A DNA stretch of 63,809 bases, the filler included, from Sphacelaria rigidula (Eukaryota): assembly GCA_964200075.2 (NCBI GenBank). It is 11 parts of 11 records of this genome, joined end to end, with 100 filler letters (N's around TTAATTAATTAA, not from the genome) between each part and the next. Parts side by side here need not be neighbours in the genome. Positions count along the whole stretch, not along the records: positions 58,101 to 63,809 come from CAXNAA020025072.1; 10 more parts are not named here. One strand, 5' to 3'. Below, one piece after another: positions 63,547-63,809 of the stretch. The translations under genes were made by a program, and so were the position numbers. Position 1 is the first letter of the stretch. Each line of letters starts with the position of its first letter. The notes beneath the pieces are model-generated. The model did no database searches, was not told the origin of the DNA, and saw nothing but the letters and a program-made list of their open reading frames with translations.

Positions 63547-63809
63547 CTAAGGGCGGCGTGATAGGACGTTCGTGACGGACAGCAATGCCGGGGGGGGTGG
63601 GGAAGCGGGCGGCGGCGGGGGGGGGGACTCATTTCATGCTTGCCGTAGTTGTTTGACCATTGACCACGCATCTCTTTCGAGACGGAGCAGAACGGGGGCG
63701 CGCGGGGGGGGGGGCTCACGTCTGTTGGGTGGATCAACCTAGCCGATGATGAGCGCGCGTGAAGCGAATGTTCACGAGAAGCTACATGAAGAGAAAAAAC
63801 AGGACCCCA

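Overview
Eukaryotic, intron-rich, repeat-rich DNA, most likely from a brown alga or related stramenopile (inferred from gene style, microsatellite- and poly(C)-rich introns and transposon types). It is not one locus. It is 11 contigs of 5,710 bp (the last 5,709 bp) joined every 5,810 bp by an artificial 100-bp spacer (44 N + TTAATTAATTAA + 44 N), so adjacency across spacers has no biological meaning. Partial multi-exon genes supported by GT-AG sites and consistent intron phases: a DYRK1/minibrain-like kinase (3' half), a DnaJ-type zinc-finger protein, a TPR-like protein, an orphan coiled-coil protein and a multidomain monothiol glutaredoxin (GRXS17/GLRX3-like). Single exons were also found for a signal-peptide protein and an INTS6-like protein. 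Mobile DNA includes a degenerate Ty3/Gypsy element with an in-frame RT-RNase H deletion, a LINE RT relic, a tRNA-derived (CA)n-tailed SINE, piggyBac-like and foldback MITEs (one nested three deep) and several minisatellites. The most intriguing signal is a structured ~70-240 bp element present 10 times, nearly always abutting poly(C)/poly(G) tracts and usually co-oriented with its host gene inside introns.
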